Assembly (NCBI GenBank): GCA_963718915.1
Contig: CAVRAI010000003.1
Location: forward strand, 1-32,000
Direction of reading: 5' to 3'
Length of the DNA: 32,000 nucleotides
From: an uncultured Chloroflexia bacterium
GTDB taxonomy: Bacteria > Chloroflexota > Ktedonobacteria > Ktedonobacterales > JADMIN01
The translations under genes were made by a program, and so were the position numbers. A model generated the notes under the pieces. That model made no database searches, was not told the DNA's origin, and saw only the letters and a list, made by a program, of their open reading frames with translations. This document shows positions 16,954 through 24,954 of this stretch, in pieces (the stretch's first letter is position 1; each line of letters begins with the position of its first letter).

Positions 16954-17535
16954 ATGCGGAAAGTTATCTCGATGATACATCTCTCGCTGGATGGACTCGC
17001 GGCGGGGCCGAACGATGAATTGGACTGGATTTCCTATGATGATGAGCTTGAGCAATATGCCCATTCGATGCACGCGATAGCGGATGCGGTCATCTGGGGA
17101 CGCCGGACGTATGAAGGGATGGCGGGCTACTGGCTCACCATACCGGGCAATCCAGAGAGCACCCCGGCTGAACTCGAACATGCTCGCTTTCTGGAGGACT
17201 CGACCAAAATCGTTGTCTCGCGCACGCTGGATCGTGTCGCATGGGGCGACGCCCAGAATACCGTGCTGATTAAGGACAACATCGCCGACGAAATCAATAA
17301 GATCAAGCAACAGCCTGGCAAAGACATCTGGTTTCTCGGCAGCGTCGCGCTGGCGCAGACGTTCATGCAGCTTGACCTGATTGACGAATACCGCATCAAC
17401 ATCAATCCAACGGTGCTGGGGCAGGGCAAACCCCTGTTCGCTGGCGTTACCCGCGCATTTCCGCTGAAACTGCTGGAATCAAGGACGCTCAAGAGCGGGG
17501 TCGTCGCCCTGCGCTATGAGCCAGATCGCGCCTAG
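16954..17535 (+). CDS. dihydrofolate reductase-family (RibD C-terminal domain) protein
   Basis: MRKVISMIHLSLDGLAAGPNDELDW..., WGRRTYEGM, and IDEYRININPTVLGQGKPLF. GGAGGAG (16941-16947) lies 6 nt before ATG 16954. Confidence 0.8.
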   Translation: MRKVISMIHLSLDGLAAGPNDELDWISYDDELEQYAHSMHAIADAVIWGRRTYEGMAGYWLTIPGNPESTPAELEHARFLEDSTKIVVSRTLDRVAWGDAQNTVLIKDNIADEINKIKQQPGKDIWFLGSVALAQTFMQLDLIDEYRININPTVLGQGKPLFAGVTRAFPLKLLESRTLKSGVVALRYEPDRA

Positions 17536-17574
17536 CGAACCGGAAATCTCATCCGCTAGAAATAGGAGCATGCC

Positions 17575-18135
17575 ATGGGCAAGGTCATGTTTGGCCTCTC
17601 GGTCTCGCTGGACGGATACATCGCAGGCAAAAACGATGATGTCACCGAGGTCTTCGCGTGGTTTTCAGACGCATGGGAACGCCTGCATGAGATCATGGGC
17701 GACTCGCTCAACGACTGCGGCGCGGTCATTATGGGCCACAGAAGCTTCGACATGATTGATGGCGAGGATGGGTGGGTCTTTCCCGATGGCACGGCTCCCG
17801 AGTGGCCGGTGATTGTGCTGCAATCGCAGCCACGCGAGCCGATGAAAAAGGGCAAGACGCAGTACTACTTTGTCACCGATGGCATCGAAAGCGCGATTGC
17901 GAAGGCGCAGGAGATCGCGGGCGAGAAATACGTCGCCCTGCATGGTGGCAGCGCGGTTCAGCAGGCGTTGAAGGCGGGGCTGCTCGACGAGTTCCACATG
18001 AACATCGCCAATGTGCTGCTGGGCGAGGGCGTCCGCCTCTTCGATCACATTGGCTCCGAGCCGATCCACCTGGAACGCCTCCGCGTGATGGAGACGCCGG
18101 GAGCGACCCATCTCTCGTTCCGCGTCGTGAAATAA
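17575..18135 (+). CDS. dihydrofolate reductase-family (RibD C-terminal domain) protein, paralogue of the preceding gene
   Basis: MGKVMFGLSVSLDGYIAGKNDD..., MGHRSFDM, and LDEFHMNIANVLLGEGVRLF. TAGGAG SD is present. Confidence 0.8.
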   Translation: MGKVMFGLSVSLDGYIAGKNDDVTEVFAWFSDAWERLHEIMGDSLNDCGAVIMGHRSFDMIDGEDGWVFPDGTAPEWPVIVLQSQPREPMKKGKTQYYFVTDGIESAIAKAQEIAGEKYVALHGGSAVQQALKAGLLDEFHMNIANVLLGEGVRLFDHIGSEPIHLERLRVMETPGATHLSFRVVK

Positions 18136-18158
18136 GGCCGGTACGTGACGCTGGACCG

Positions 18159-18772
18159 TTATGACGGCGACTCTAAGTGGCGCGTGTCGTTATAACGTTT
18201 CAGCGTCCACCGTGGCGGCTTCTCTGGCCTGACCCAGTGGGTGATCGAGGTGTTTTCGACGGCAACGCCGGGGATCGTGACAGGGCTGATGCCGAAGAAG
18301 TAGCCAAATGCTGCCTGGATCACTCCACCATGTGTCACGATCACAATGGTCTTGCCATCGTACTCCTGTTCGATCCGATTCAGCGCAACCTGCACCCGCG
18401 CCGCGAACTCCAGCCAGCTTTCACCACCTGGAACCCAGCGGTAGTAAGGCTTCTGCGCCTCGGTCAGTCGTTGCCAGCGCGCGTTGAATTCTTCCTGGCT
18501 CAGACTACCGTTGTCGCCGCGCCATTCTTCCAGCTCTTTTCCAGGATAACCGGCTGGCCCAGCGTCGGCGCAAGCATCTCCGCCGTCTCGACAGCGCGGC
18601 GCAGGGTGCTGGCAATCAGTACATCCGCCACGATGTCATGCGTCCGCGCCAGCCAGTCTCGCAAGCGCTCGGCCTGCCGAATCCCTTCATCCGACAGCCC
18701 CGGATTTTCGAGTTCGACGCCATGCTCCATCTCATCGTAGGTCGCATGGCGAATCAGATAGACATCGGTCAT
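18159..18772 (-). pseudogene. histidine phosphatase (phosphoglycerate-mutase-like) family gene split by a 1-nt frameshift at an A4 run (or a sequencing error)
   Basis: The N-terminal ORF (18500..18772) carries the RHA catalytic motif (VYLIRHATY). The C-terminal ORF (18159..18395) carries IVIVTHGGVI. Shifting frame at 18537-18540 gives a continuous LEKELEEWRGDNGSLSQEEFNARWQRL...GGESWLEFAARVQVALNRI. Confidence 0.8.
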
Positions 18773-18791
18773 TCCACGAGATCCTTCATTA

Positions 18792-20090
18792 TCACGCCTT
18801 CACATAGGTCATTGGGCCGACGAGGCGCACCAGCCCCTTGAGTTCGAGCATCACCAGCGTGCCAGAGACCTCGGCGACCGGGAGGCCTGATGTGCGGCAG
18901 AGGTCATCGATATGCCCCGGCTCATCGCTGGCATCCAGCAGCGCCAGCAGCCGCGCCTCACTATCGTTCTCCGGCAGCGCCTCGCGTAGCTCCAGCATCT
19001 CCATCTGCTGTGGCGCGAGATGCAGATTCAGCTCGGAGAGGATATCGCCGACCTCCAGCACCATCTGCGCGCCATCCTGAATCAGCCGGTTCGCGCCGAC
19101 GCTGGCCCGGCTGGTCACATTGCCGGGCACGGCGAAGATATCGCGCCCCTGTTCGGCGGCGAAGCGGGTGGTAATCAGCGCGCCACTGGTCTCCGGCGCC
19201 TCCGTCACCAGCACGCCCAGTGAGAGGCCGCTAATCAGCCGGTTGCGCGCGGGGAAGTTGCCCGCCTCTGGCTGCGTCCCTAGCGGAAACTCGGTTAATA
19301 TCGCGCCCTGCTCGACGATACGCGCCGCCAGTCTGGCGTTGTCGGGAGGATAGACGAGGTCCGGGCCGCAGCCGAGCACCGCGATGGTACGCCCACCCGC
19401 CGCCAGCGTCGCCTGGTGCGCGACGGTGTCGATGCCTCGCGCCAGCCCGCTGACAATCGTAATCGACTGCCGCGCCAACTCGCCCGCCAACTTCTCGGTC
19501 ATCTGTTTGCCGTAGGAGCTGGCCCGCCGCGTGCCGACGATGGCGAGCGCCCACTCATCCGCTGGGGCGAGCGTCCCGCGCACGTAGAGGACGGGTGGTG
19601 GCAGCGGAATCTCCCGCAGCAGCCGTGGATAGGCCGGGTCTATCGTGCGCAAGGCTCCGATATGCAGCTTGATGAGCCGCTCGACCTCGGCCTCCGGCTC
19701 GATGCGCACCCGTTGCTGTTCCAGCGCTCCCACGCTACGGGTATCCAGTCCCGCCGCCTGCCAGTCCGCTGGGCCAGCCTCCCAGGCGCCGCGGGCGCTA
19801 CCAAAGCCCTCCAGCAGCAGCCGGAAGCGCGCTGGGCCAATGCCGCGCACGCGATTGAGCGCCAGCCAGTAGGGCAGGTCGGGGTCATCCAGCGCCGTCT
19901 CAGGGGCCGCGCTGGCGGACTGGTAGGTAATCGCGGGCGGGATGCCGCTTGCGTCCCCGTCACTATTGGCGCCAGCTTCGTTAGCTTCGCCATCAACTGC
20001 GCCAATCTCGTCGTCCAGCAGGTCGGCGAAGAGCGAGTCGACGTCGTCGGGTGGGGGCGTGGACGACTGTGAGCGTGGGTGTCGGGGCAT
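18792..20090 (-). CDS. dprA: DNA-processing protein DprA
   Basis: Motifs LALNRVRGIGPARFRLLLEGFGS, GTRRASSYG, VSGLARGIDTVAHQATLAAGGRTIAVLGCGPDLVYP, NFPARNRLISGLS, and a C-terminal winged-helix-like tail. There is an acidic N-terminal extension of about 75 aa. Confidence 0.9.
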   Translation of the reverse strand: MPRHPRSQSSTPPPDDVDSLFADLLDDEIGAVDGEANEAGANSDGDASGIPPAITYQSASAAPETALDDPDLPYWLALNRVRGIGPARFRLLLEGFGSARGAWEAGPADWQAAGLDTRSVGALEQQRVRIEPEAEVERLIKLHIGALRTIDPAYPRLLREIPLPPPVLYVRGTLAPADEWALAIVGTRRASSYGKQMTEKLAGELARQSITIVSGLARGIDTVAHQATLAAGGRTIAVLGCGPDLVYPPDNARLAARIVEQGAILTEFPLGTQPEAGNFPARNRLISGLSLGVLVTEAPETSGALITTRFAAEQGRDIFAVPGNVTSRASVGANRLIQDGAQMVLEVGDILSELNLHLAPQQMEMLELREALPENDSEARLLALLDASDEPGHIDDLCRTSGLPVAEVSGTLVMLELKGLVRLVGPMTYVKA

Positions 20091-20252
20091 GCGGTATCGT
20101 CACTTTCATTTGGCTGTTGGCGTCATCCCAGCTTGATTGGCGCTATTCTATCATGCGAGAAGCATGCGCGCACATGTGTCTCGGCGAACAGGAAAAGACA
20201 CCGCCCGCGTATAGCAGGCGATGTCTCCTGGGTTTCGGGACTGTGCCGCCCG

Positions 20253-20693
20253 TCAGCCGTGGGTGGCCTGTACTCCAGGCTCCGTACGCCGTCGCGATGG
20301 GATCAGCGCAACCAGCGCGCATGCCAGCGCCAGCAACGCCGGATACACAGCAAAGCTGCCCTGTCGCAGGCTTGTGGCTGTGAGCACGATGTACGCAAGC
20401 GCGGCGGCCCACATGATAGCGCGCCCAAGCGTTGATCCGCGTCGGGCATGGTAGTACGCGCCCAGCAGCACGCAGGTCGCCAGCGCCGCGACGGATACGA
20501 TCACCGCTAACATAGCGGCCAGGCCGTGGTCGCGGGCGTAGATGTAGTGAATAACGGGCGCGGCGCCATCGATGCTGAGGCCAGTAGTGGCAATCGGCGC
20601 AAAGATGGTCGCGATAATTGCCGCGATGGCGGCAAGAACTGTCCCGAGACCCATTAACAGTTCGATACGACGTATCACCCGACTCTCCCTCAA
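20253..20693 (-). CDS. hypothetical integral membrane protein (about 4 TM)
   Basis: Four hydrophobic segments. The TTG start has GAGGA 4 nt upstream. The competing 202-codon frame (20143..20751) is Arg-rich and not protein-like. Confidence 0.5.
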   Translation of the reverse strand: MRESRVIRRIELLMGLGTVLAAIAAIIATIFAPIATTGLSIDGAAPVIHYIYARDHGLAAMLAVIVSVAALATCVLLGAYYHARRGSTLGRAIMWAAALAYIVLTATSLRQGSFAVYPALLALACALVALIPSRRRTEPGVQATHG

Positions 20694-20736
20694 TAGTCCT
20701 CATAGGCAGCGCGGTTCGAGCAGGCAGGCTGGTGGT

Positions 20737-20765
20737 AGTATACCTGGCCACGCGAGTAGTGTCAC
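20737..20765 (-). promoter_or_regulatory. candidate sigma70-type promoter for the membrane-protein/dprA gene string
   Basis: On the minus strand: GTGACA (20765-20760), a 17-nt spacer, then TATACT (20742-20737). It lies about 45 nt upstream of the TTG start at 20693. Confidence 0.45.
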
Positions 20766-20950
20766 GCGCGACAAGAAAAGGGCGAGACAGCGCCAGACCA
20801 CGGTTCTTAACGCGACTTCGCGCCCAAAAAAGAGCGCCTTGAACGATTCAAACGTCTTCCCGAGAGCACAACGGTCACGTATGCTACACGGCTTCAATCT
20901 TCGTCGTGTCGCGGCAGCATTCGGGTCAGCCGTGAGCGCCCCCCTTCGCG

Positions 20951-22471
20951 CTACGCTGCGGTAGGCGGTCCGAACCAGGTGGTGAGCACATCACGAAGTC
21001 CCAGGTCTGTGCCGTCTCCCACCCAGGCGACATAGCCGTCGGGGCGAATCATCACGGCCGTGGGAGCAGTGACCGCGCCAAGAACCGGAAGTTCCCACAG
21101 ACCCTCATAGTGAGCGTCGATCAACTGAACCCGGTCCGCCCATGGAGTGATGTCGAAGCCGCCGGGCTCGCCGGGCTCGCCGAGGTTGAGGAGCACTGGT
21201 CGGGCGTCGTGCAGCAGAGTGAATACCCGTAGCGGGCCATTGGCAGTGACCAGGTCGAGATCGGGCATGCGGCGTCCGAGCAGTGGGTGTCCCTCACCTC
21301 CGTCACCCAGGTCGTACTGAATGTCCAGACCAGACATCATCGCGGCGAACCGCTTGCGCGGCTCGTCCATGCTCAGCAGATCAGACATGGTCTCGCGCAG
21401 GGCGTCGACACGGTCGTCTGCGCGGAGCAGTGCGACCTGCGCCATGGTGTTGCGCAACACGCGGGCGGCGACTGGATGGCGCTCGGCATGGTAGGTATCG
21501 AGCAGACTGTCTGGCGAGATCTCCTTGACCACCTGGGCCAGCTTCCAGCCCAGATTCACCGCATCCTGCACACCGATGTTGAGGCCCTGTCCGCCCACCG
21601 GGTAATGCACGTGTGCGGCGTCTCCGGCCAACAGCACCCGTCCCTCCCGATAGGACGCCGCCTGCCGCGTCATATCAGTGAACCGGGAGATCCAGGTTGG
21701 GCTGTGTACCCCGTAGTCCGTTCCCCATGCGGCGATGAGCGCCTCGCTGAGATCGCGCAGGGTAGGCTCACTGGTGTGTCCGATGTGTCCGATGTGTCCG
21801 ATGTGTCCGGCGTGCTGTTCGGTCACCATGACCCCCACCGGCCCTCCTGATCCCCCATCCTCCATGCGAGAGAAGGAACGAATGCCCTTGTCATCGCGGC
21901 GGAGGCCCCACTCCGGCTCCTCGCCCACCTCGACCTCGGCGATCAGGCTGCTGGTTGACGGGTCCCACCCGGGAAACTCAATGTCGGCTACCTTACGAAT
22001 CAGACTGCGACCGCCGTCGCACCCGACGAGGTAGTCCGCCCGCAGCGACTCACCGTCGGATAGCTCGACATCGACGCCGGTGTCGTCCTGCGCGAACCCC
22101 GTCACGTCACGTCCGCGATAGATCGGCGCCCCCAGCTCGCCGACCCAGTCGGCCAGTATGCGCTCGATGTACTGCTGCCGCAGCGCAAGCCCGTAGTTGT
22201 GCCGGGTGGGAAAGTCGGTGATGTCTAAACGGATCCAGGCGAACCCCGCAACCTGCGCCACGTATCCCTGTGAAAGGAACCGGCCAGCGATTCCGCGCTG
22301 ATCGAGCACCTCGATGGTGCGTGAATGCAGACCGCCTCCGCGCGAGCCAATGAGGTCCTGGTTGGCGCGCCGCTCGACAATGGCCACGTCCACACCCGCC
22401 AACGCCAACTCGCCCGCCAGCATCAGCCCGGTCGGACCTCCTCCAACGATCACTACGGTATGCCTGGTCAT
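20951..22471 (-). CDS. class A FAD-dependent monooxygenase (aromatic-ring hydroxylase family)
   Basis: Dinucleotide-binding VVIVGGGPTGLMLAGELALAGVDVAIVERR, the GD motif LLAGDAAHVHYPVGGQGLNIGVQDAVNLGWKL, and a C-terminal domain as in PheA/TfdB-type enzymes. AGGAGG lies 6 nt before ATG 22471. Confidence 0.85.
   Translation of the reverse strand: MTRHTVVIVGGGPTGLMLAGELALAGVDVAIVERRANQDLIGSRGGGLHSRTIEVLDQRGIAGRFLSQGYVAQVAGFAWIRLDITDFPTRHNYGLALRQQYIERILADWVGELGAPIYRGRDVTGFAQDDTGVDVELSDGESLRADYLVGCDGGRSLIRKVADIEFPGWDPSTSSLIAEVEVGEEPEWGLRRDDKGIRSFSRMEDGGSGGPVGVMVTEQHAGHIGHIGHIGHTSEPTLRDLSEALIAAWGTDYGVHSPTWISRFTDMTRQAASYREGRVLLAGDAAHVHYPVGGQGLNIGVQDAVNLGWKLAQVVKEISPDSLLDTYHAERHPVAARVLRNTMAQVALLRADDRVDALRETMSDLLSMDEPRKRFAAMMSGLDIQYDLGDGGEGHPLLGRRMPDLDLVTANGPLRVFTLLHDARPVLLNLGEPGEPGGFDITPWADRVQLIDAHYEGLWELPVLGAVTAPTAVMIRPDGYVAWVGDGTDLGLRDVLTTWFGPPTAA
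21776..21809. repeat. 9-bp tandem repeat (GTGTCCGAT x3 plus a partial fourth copy) inside the monooxygenase CDS, in frame
   Basis: gtgtccgat occurs at 21776-21784, 21785-21793 and 21794-21802, then gtgtccg at 21803-21809. On the coding strand it encodes G-H-I-G-H-I-G-H-I-G-H-T. Confidence 0.95.
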
Positions 22472-22697
22472 AGCCACCCTCCTGCCGACATCGTTGGCAT
22501 CATGCCGCTCGCCACCAGCGCATCACATCCCTCGATCACCGAAGCAAGACATCCCGCAAATTCCACCAGGATCCGCATAGCTAGCGCCCTCCAAAATCCA
22601 CGACTTGAGCAACGAGCAAATCATAAACCATGACACAGCAAACGAAATCGGACATAGAGCCGATGTCAGATCAAGCAGGGAACGTGTACAATACATA

Positions 22698-22723
22698 ATA
22701 GGTGTGGAAAATAGGTGTGGAAA
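22698..22723. repeat. perfect 13-bp tandem duplication in the AT-rich spacer
   Basis: ataggtgtggaaa at 22698-22710 is repeated exactly at 22711-22723. Confidence 0.95.
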
Positions 22724-23115
22724 TGAGCGCTGAATAATAGCGGCAGGTTCCTCAAAGAAATGACCTTCCCTTGAGATCGATTCATGTATAGGTCATTGTC
22801 AGGCGTCCGGTTTATCCTTGTGGCGGATATCAAAGCTCCCCTCCCGAAGCTCATAGTATAGTTGCGCATGTTTTTGCGGAATGCGGAAAACGACTCATTC
22901 TCTCCTGCTTCACCTTCTTTGCTTCCTGCCACACACCGACACACACCGTCACGCGGCATCATCACATGATATGAAGGCACTGGCCGGGCTAATCCGCACA
23001 TGTGCGAACGGGCCTGAGGAGCTATCCCATTAGGCAGAAAGGATGGCTATGCATGGCGAATGAAGATGTCACGCAAAAACCTCGAAGGCATGGACGAGCT
23101 CGACTTCATCAGCGG

Positions 23116-23148
23116 GTTGTTGACTAGTCATTCAACAACTGCTACAAT
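23116..23148 (+). promoter_or_regulatory. near-consensus promoter with overlapping palindromes (candidate TetR autoregulatory operator)
   Basis: TTGACT (23120-23125), a 17-nt spacer, then TACAAT (23143-23148). A perfect 10-bp palindrome TGACTAGTCA lies at 23121-23130. An outer inverted repeat pairs GTTGTTGA (23116-23123) with TCAACAAC (23132-23139). Confidence 0.6.
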
Positions 23149-23233
23149 AGCGCCGTTGAACAGGAGAAACGAGAACCCTTTTTTCGGAAAGCGCCGAACC
23201 GTTCCAGACGTGCTCCATTGGGAAGTGAAAGCC

Positions 23234-23812
23234 GTGCCACGACCAGCTACGTTCAATTCCGAGACTGTGATAGAGCGAGCGATGCTCCTGTTCTGGGCGC
23301 ATGGCTATGCCGGAACAAGCATTCAAGACCTTGTCGAAGAAACCGCGTTGCTGCGTGGGAGCCTGTATCATACCTTCGGCGATAAGCGGTCGCTCTATAT
23401 CCAGACATTGCGCCGCTATGGGCAACTAGCCATGCAACAGACGATCAATTTCTGGAATCCGGCGGAGTCGTTGCTCAGCAACCTTCGCGCACTCCTGATG
23501 GTGATCGTTGATATGCCCGATGCCGAGAAGCGGCGGGGGAGCATGATCTGCAACTGCATCATAGAAGTGGTTCCTCACGACCCTGAGATCGCCAACGTGG
23601 TCACTGAGATGTTGCATGAATTTAAGGAGGTATTTGAGGCCAAACTGGAACATGCCAGACACACTGGCGAGCTACGCGCAGAAGCCAATGCCACCGCCCT
23701 CGCCCGCTACCTCGTGAGCAGCATCCAGGGCTTATGTGTGACGGCCAAAGCCGACGCGCCCCGCGAGGAGCTGCTCGATATCGTAGCGGTTACACTCTCG
23801 GCCTTGCGGTGA
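23234..23812 (+). CDS. TetR/AcrR family transcriptional regulator
   Basis: HTH region TVIERAMLLFWAHGYAGTSIQDLVEETALLRGSLYHTFGDKRSLY. GTG 23234 follows GGGAAG by about 8 nt and lies downstream of the promoter at 23120-23148. The ORF-track start at 23060 would put the promoter inside the gene. Confidence 0.8.
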   Translation: MPRPATFNSETVIERAMLLFWAHGYAGTSIQDLVEETALLRGSLYHTFGDKRSLYIQTLRRYGQLAMQQTINFWNPAESLLSNLRALLMVIVDMPDAEKRRGSMICNCIIEVVPHDPEIANVVTEMLHEFKEVFEAKLEHARHTGELRAEANATALARYLVSSIQGLCVTAKADAPREELLDIVAVTLSALR

Positions 23813-23862
23813 TTATTTTTTTTGCCACAATACTTGACCACTCGTTCAACAAGGAGACCGGC

Positions 23863-24168
23863 ATGAACATCATTGATTTTCTCATCGGCCTGACCCTTAT
23901 GAATGCGATGCCACATTTTGTGCTGGGCGTCTGGAAAGGGCGCATGTTCAGCGCATTCGGGTTCGGCAATCGAAAGAACATGCTCTATGGCGCGACGAAC
24001 CTCGTGCTGTCTCTCAGTTTGTTCCTGTTCAGATACGGGCCAGAGCAACTCCTCCACAATGGCATTTATTCCGGAGCGCTGGTTCTGCTGCTCATCTATT
24101 TTCTCACCGGGCGATTCTGGTTCACCCTCTTTCAAGAGAAACCGGTCAAAAAAGCCGAACGGGCATGA
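23863..24168 (+). CDS. hypothetical small membrane protein (101 aa, about 3 TM)
   Basis: AAGGAG (23851-23856) lies 6 nt before ATG 23863. There are three hydrophobic segments. It is co-directional with the TetR gene and 50 nt downstream of it. Confidence 0.55.
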   Translation: MNIIDFLIGLTLMNAMPHFVLGVWKGRMFSAFGFGNRKNMLYGATNLVLSLSLFLFRYGPEQLLHNGIYSGALVLLLIYFLTGRFWFTLFQEKPVKKAERA

Positions 24169-24181
24169 ATTGGTTGGGACG

Positions 24182-24811
24182 CTACCAGCCGCGCGCCTGC
24201 CACTCGTCCAGCGAGGGGCGCTCCTTGCCGATGGTGGTCGATTTGCCGTGGCCGGGCAGCACCAGCGTACTGTCGGGCAAGACGAAGAGCTTCTCGCGCA
24301 GGCTGGTCATAATCAGCGGGAAGTCGCCGAGCGGCTGCTTGGTCGCGCCGGGGCCGCCGGGGAAGAGGGTGTCGCCGCTGAAGAGACAGCCATCGGCCAG
24401 AAAGCAGACGCCACCGGGCGTGTGGCCGGGCGTATGGAGCACATGAATCTCGCCGGAGCCAAGCCCAATATGCTGGCCATCGTCGAGGGCGAAGTTGGGC
24501 GTGAGCGGCAGCATATCGGCGTCGGCCAGGTGGATGCCTATAGGCACACCCCACGTATCGCGCAGTTGTCCCAGCGCGCCCCAGTGGTCGGCGTGGCCGT
24601 GCGTCAGCAGAATCATACGCACCCGCGCCCGGAGCTTCGCCACCTCCTCGGCGATCCGCTCCGCCTCGTCCGAGGCGTCGATCAGCACGGCTTCGCGCGT
24701 CTGGGGCGAGACGAGCAGGTAGACATTGTTCTCCATTGGTCCAGTCTCGAAGGTATGGCGCTCAAACTCACCGCGCGCCGTCATCGTCGCTACTCTTCCG
24801 CGTTGTTGCAT
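24182..24811 (-). CDS. MBL-fold metallo-hydrolase (glyoxalase II-like)
   Basis: H-x-H-x-D-H motif LLTHGHADHWG, later HTPGHTPG and GDTLF. GGAAGGAG SD lies upstream of the ATG at 24811. Confidence 0.85.
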   Translation of the reverse strand: MQQRGRVATMTARGEFERHTFETGPMENNVYLLVSPQTREAVLIDASDEAERIAEEVAKLRARVRMILLTHGHADHWGALGQLRDTWGVPIGIHLADADMLPLTPNFALDDGQHIGLGSGEIHVLHTPGHTPGGVCFLADGCLFSGDTLFPGGPGATKQPLGDFPLIMTSLREKLFVLPDSTLVLPGHGKSTTIGKERPSLDEWQARGW

Positions 24812-24954
24812 GCGTCGCCGCTCCTTCCACGGATGCTCTGGACAGTCCGCCCTCAGTATACGACGGCTATGGCATACAATTTGTACAGAAATCTTCAGGC
24901 GTTGTGGGCGTATATCGGCTGGGCGGCGGATAGTAGAGAAGATGGAGCACGGCG

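Noticed and set aside
20713-20720. GGTTCGAG, a tRNA T-loop-like octamer.
   Set aside because: The flanking bases do not form a T-stem, and no acceptor or anticodon arms can be drawn, so this is not a tRNA.
20143-20751. 202-codon minus-strand ORF overlapping the 146-codon membrane-protein ORF.
   Set aside because: Its translation is Arg/Cys/His-rich and non-protein-like. The alternative frame encodes four clean hydrophobic helices.
22666-23001. 111-codon minus-strand ORF in the AT-rich spacer.
   Set aside because: It has no SD, an odd composition, no motifs, and low third-position GC in a genome where real genes favour G/C-ending codons.
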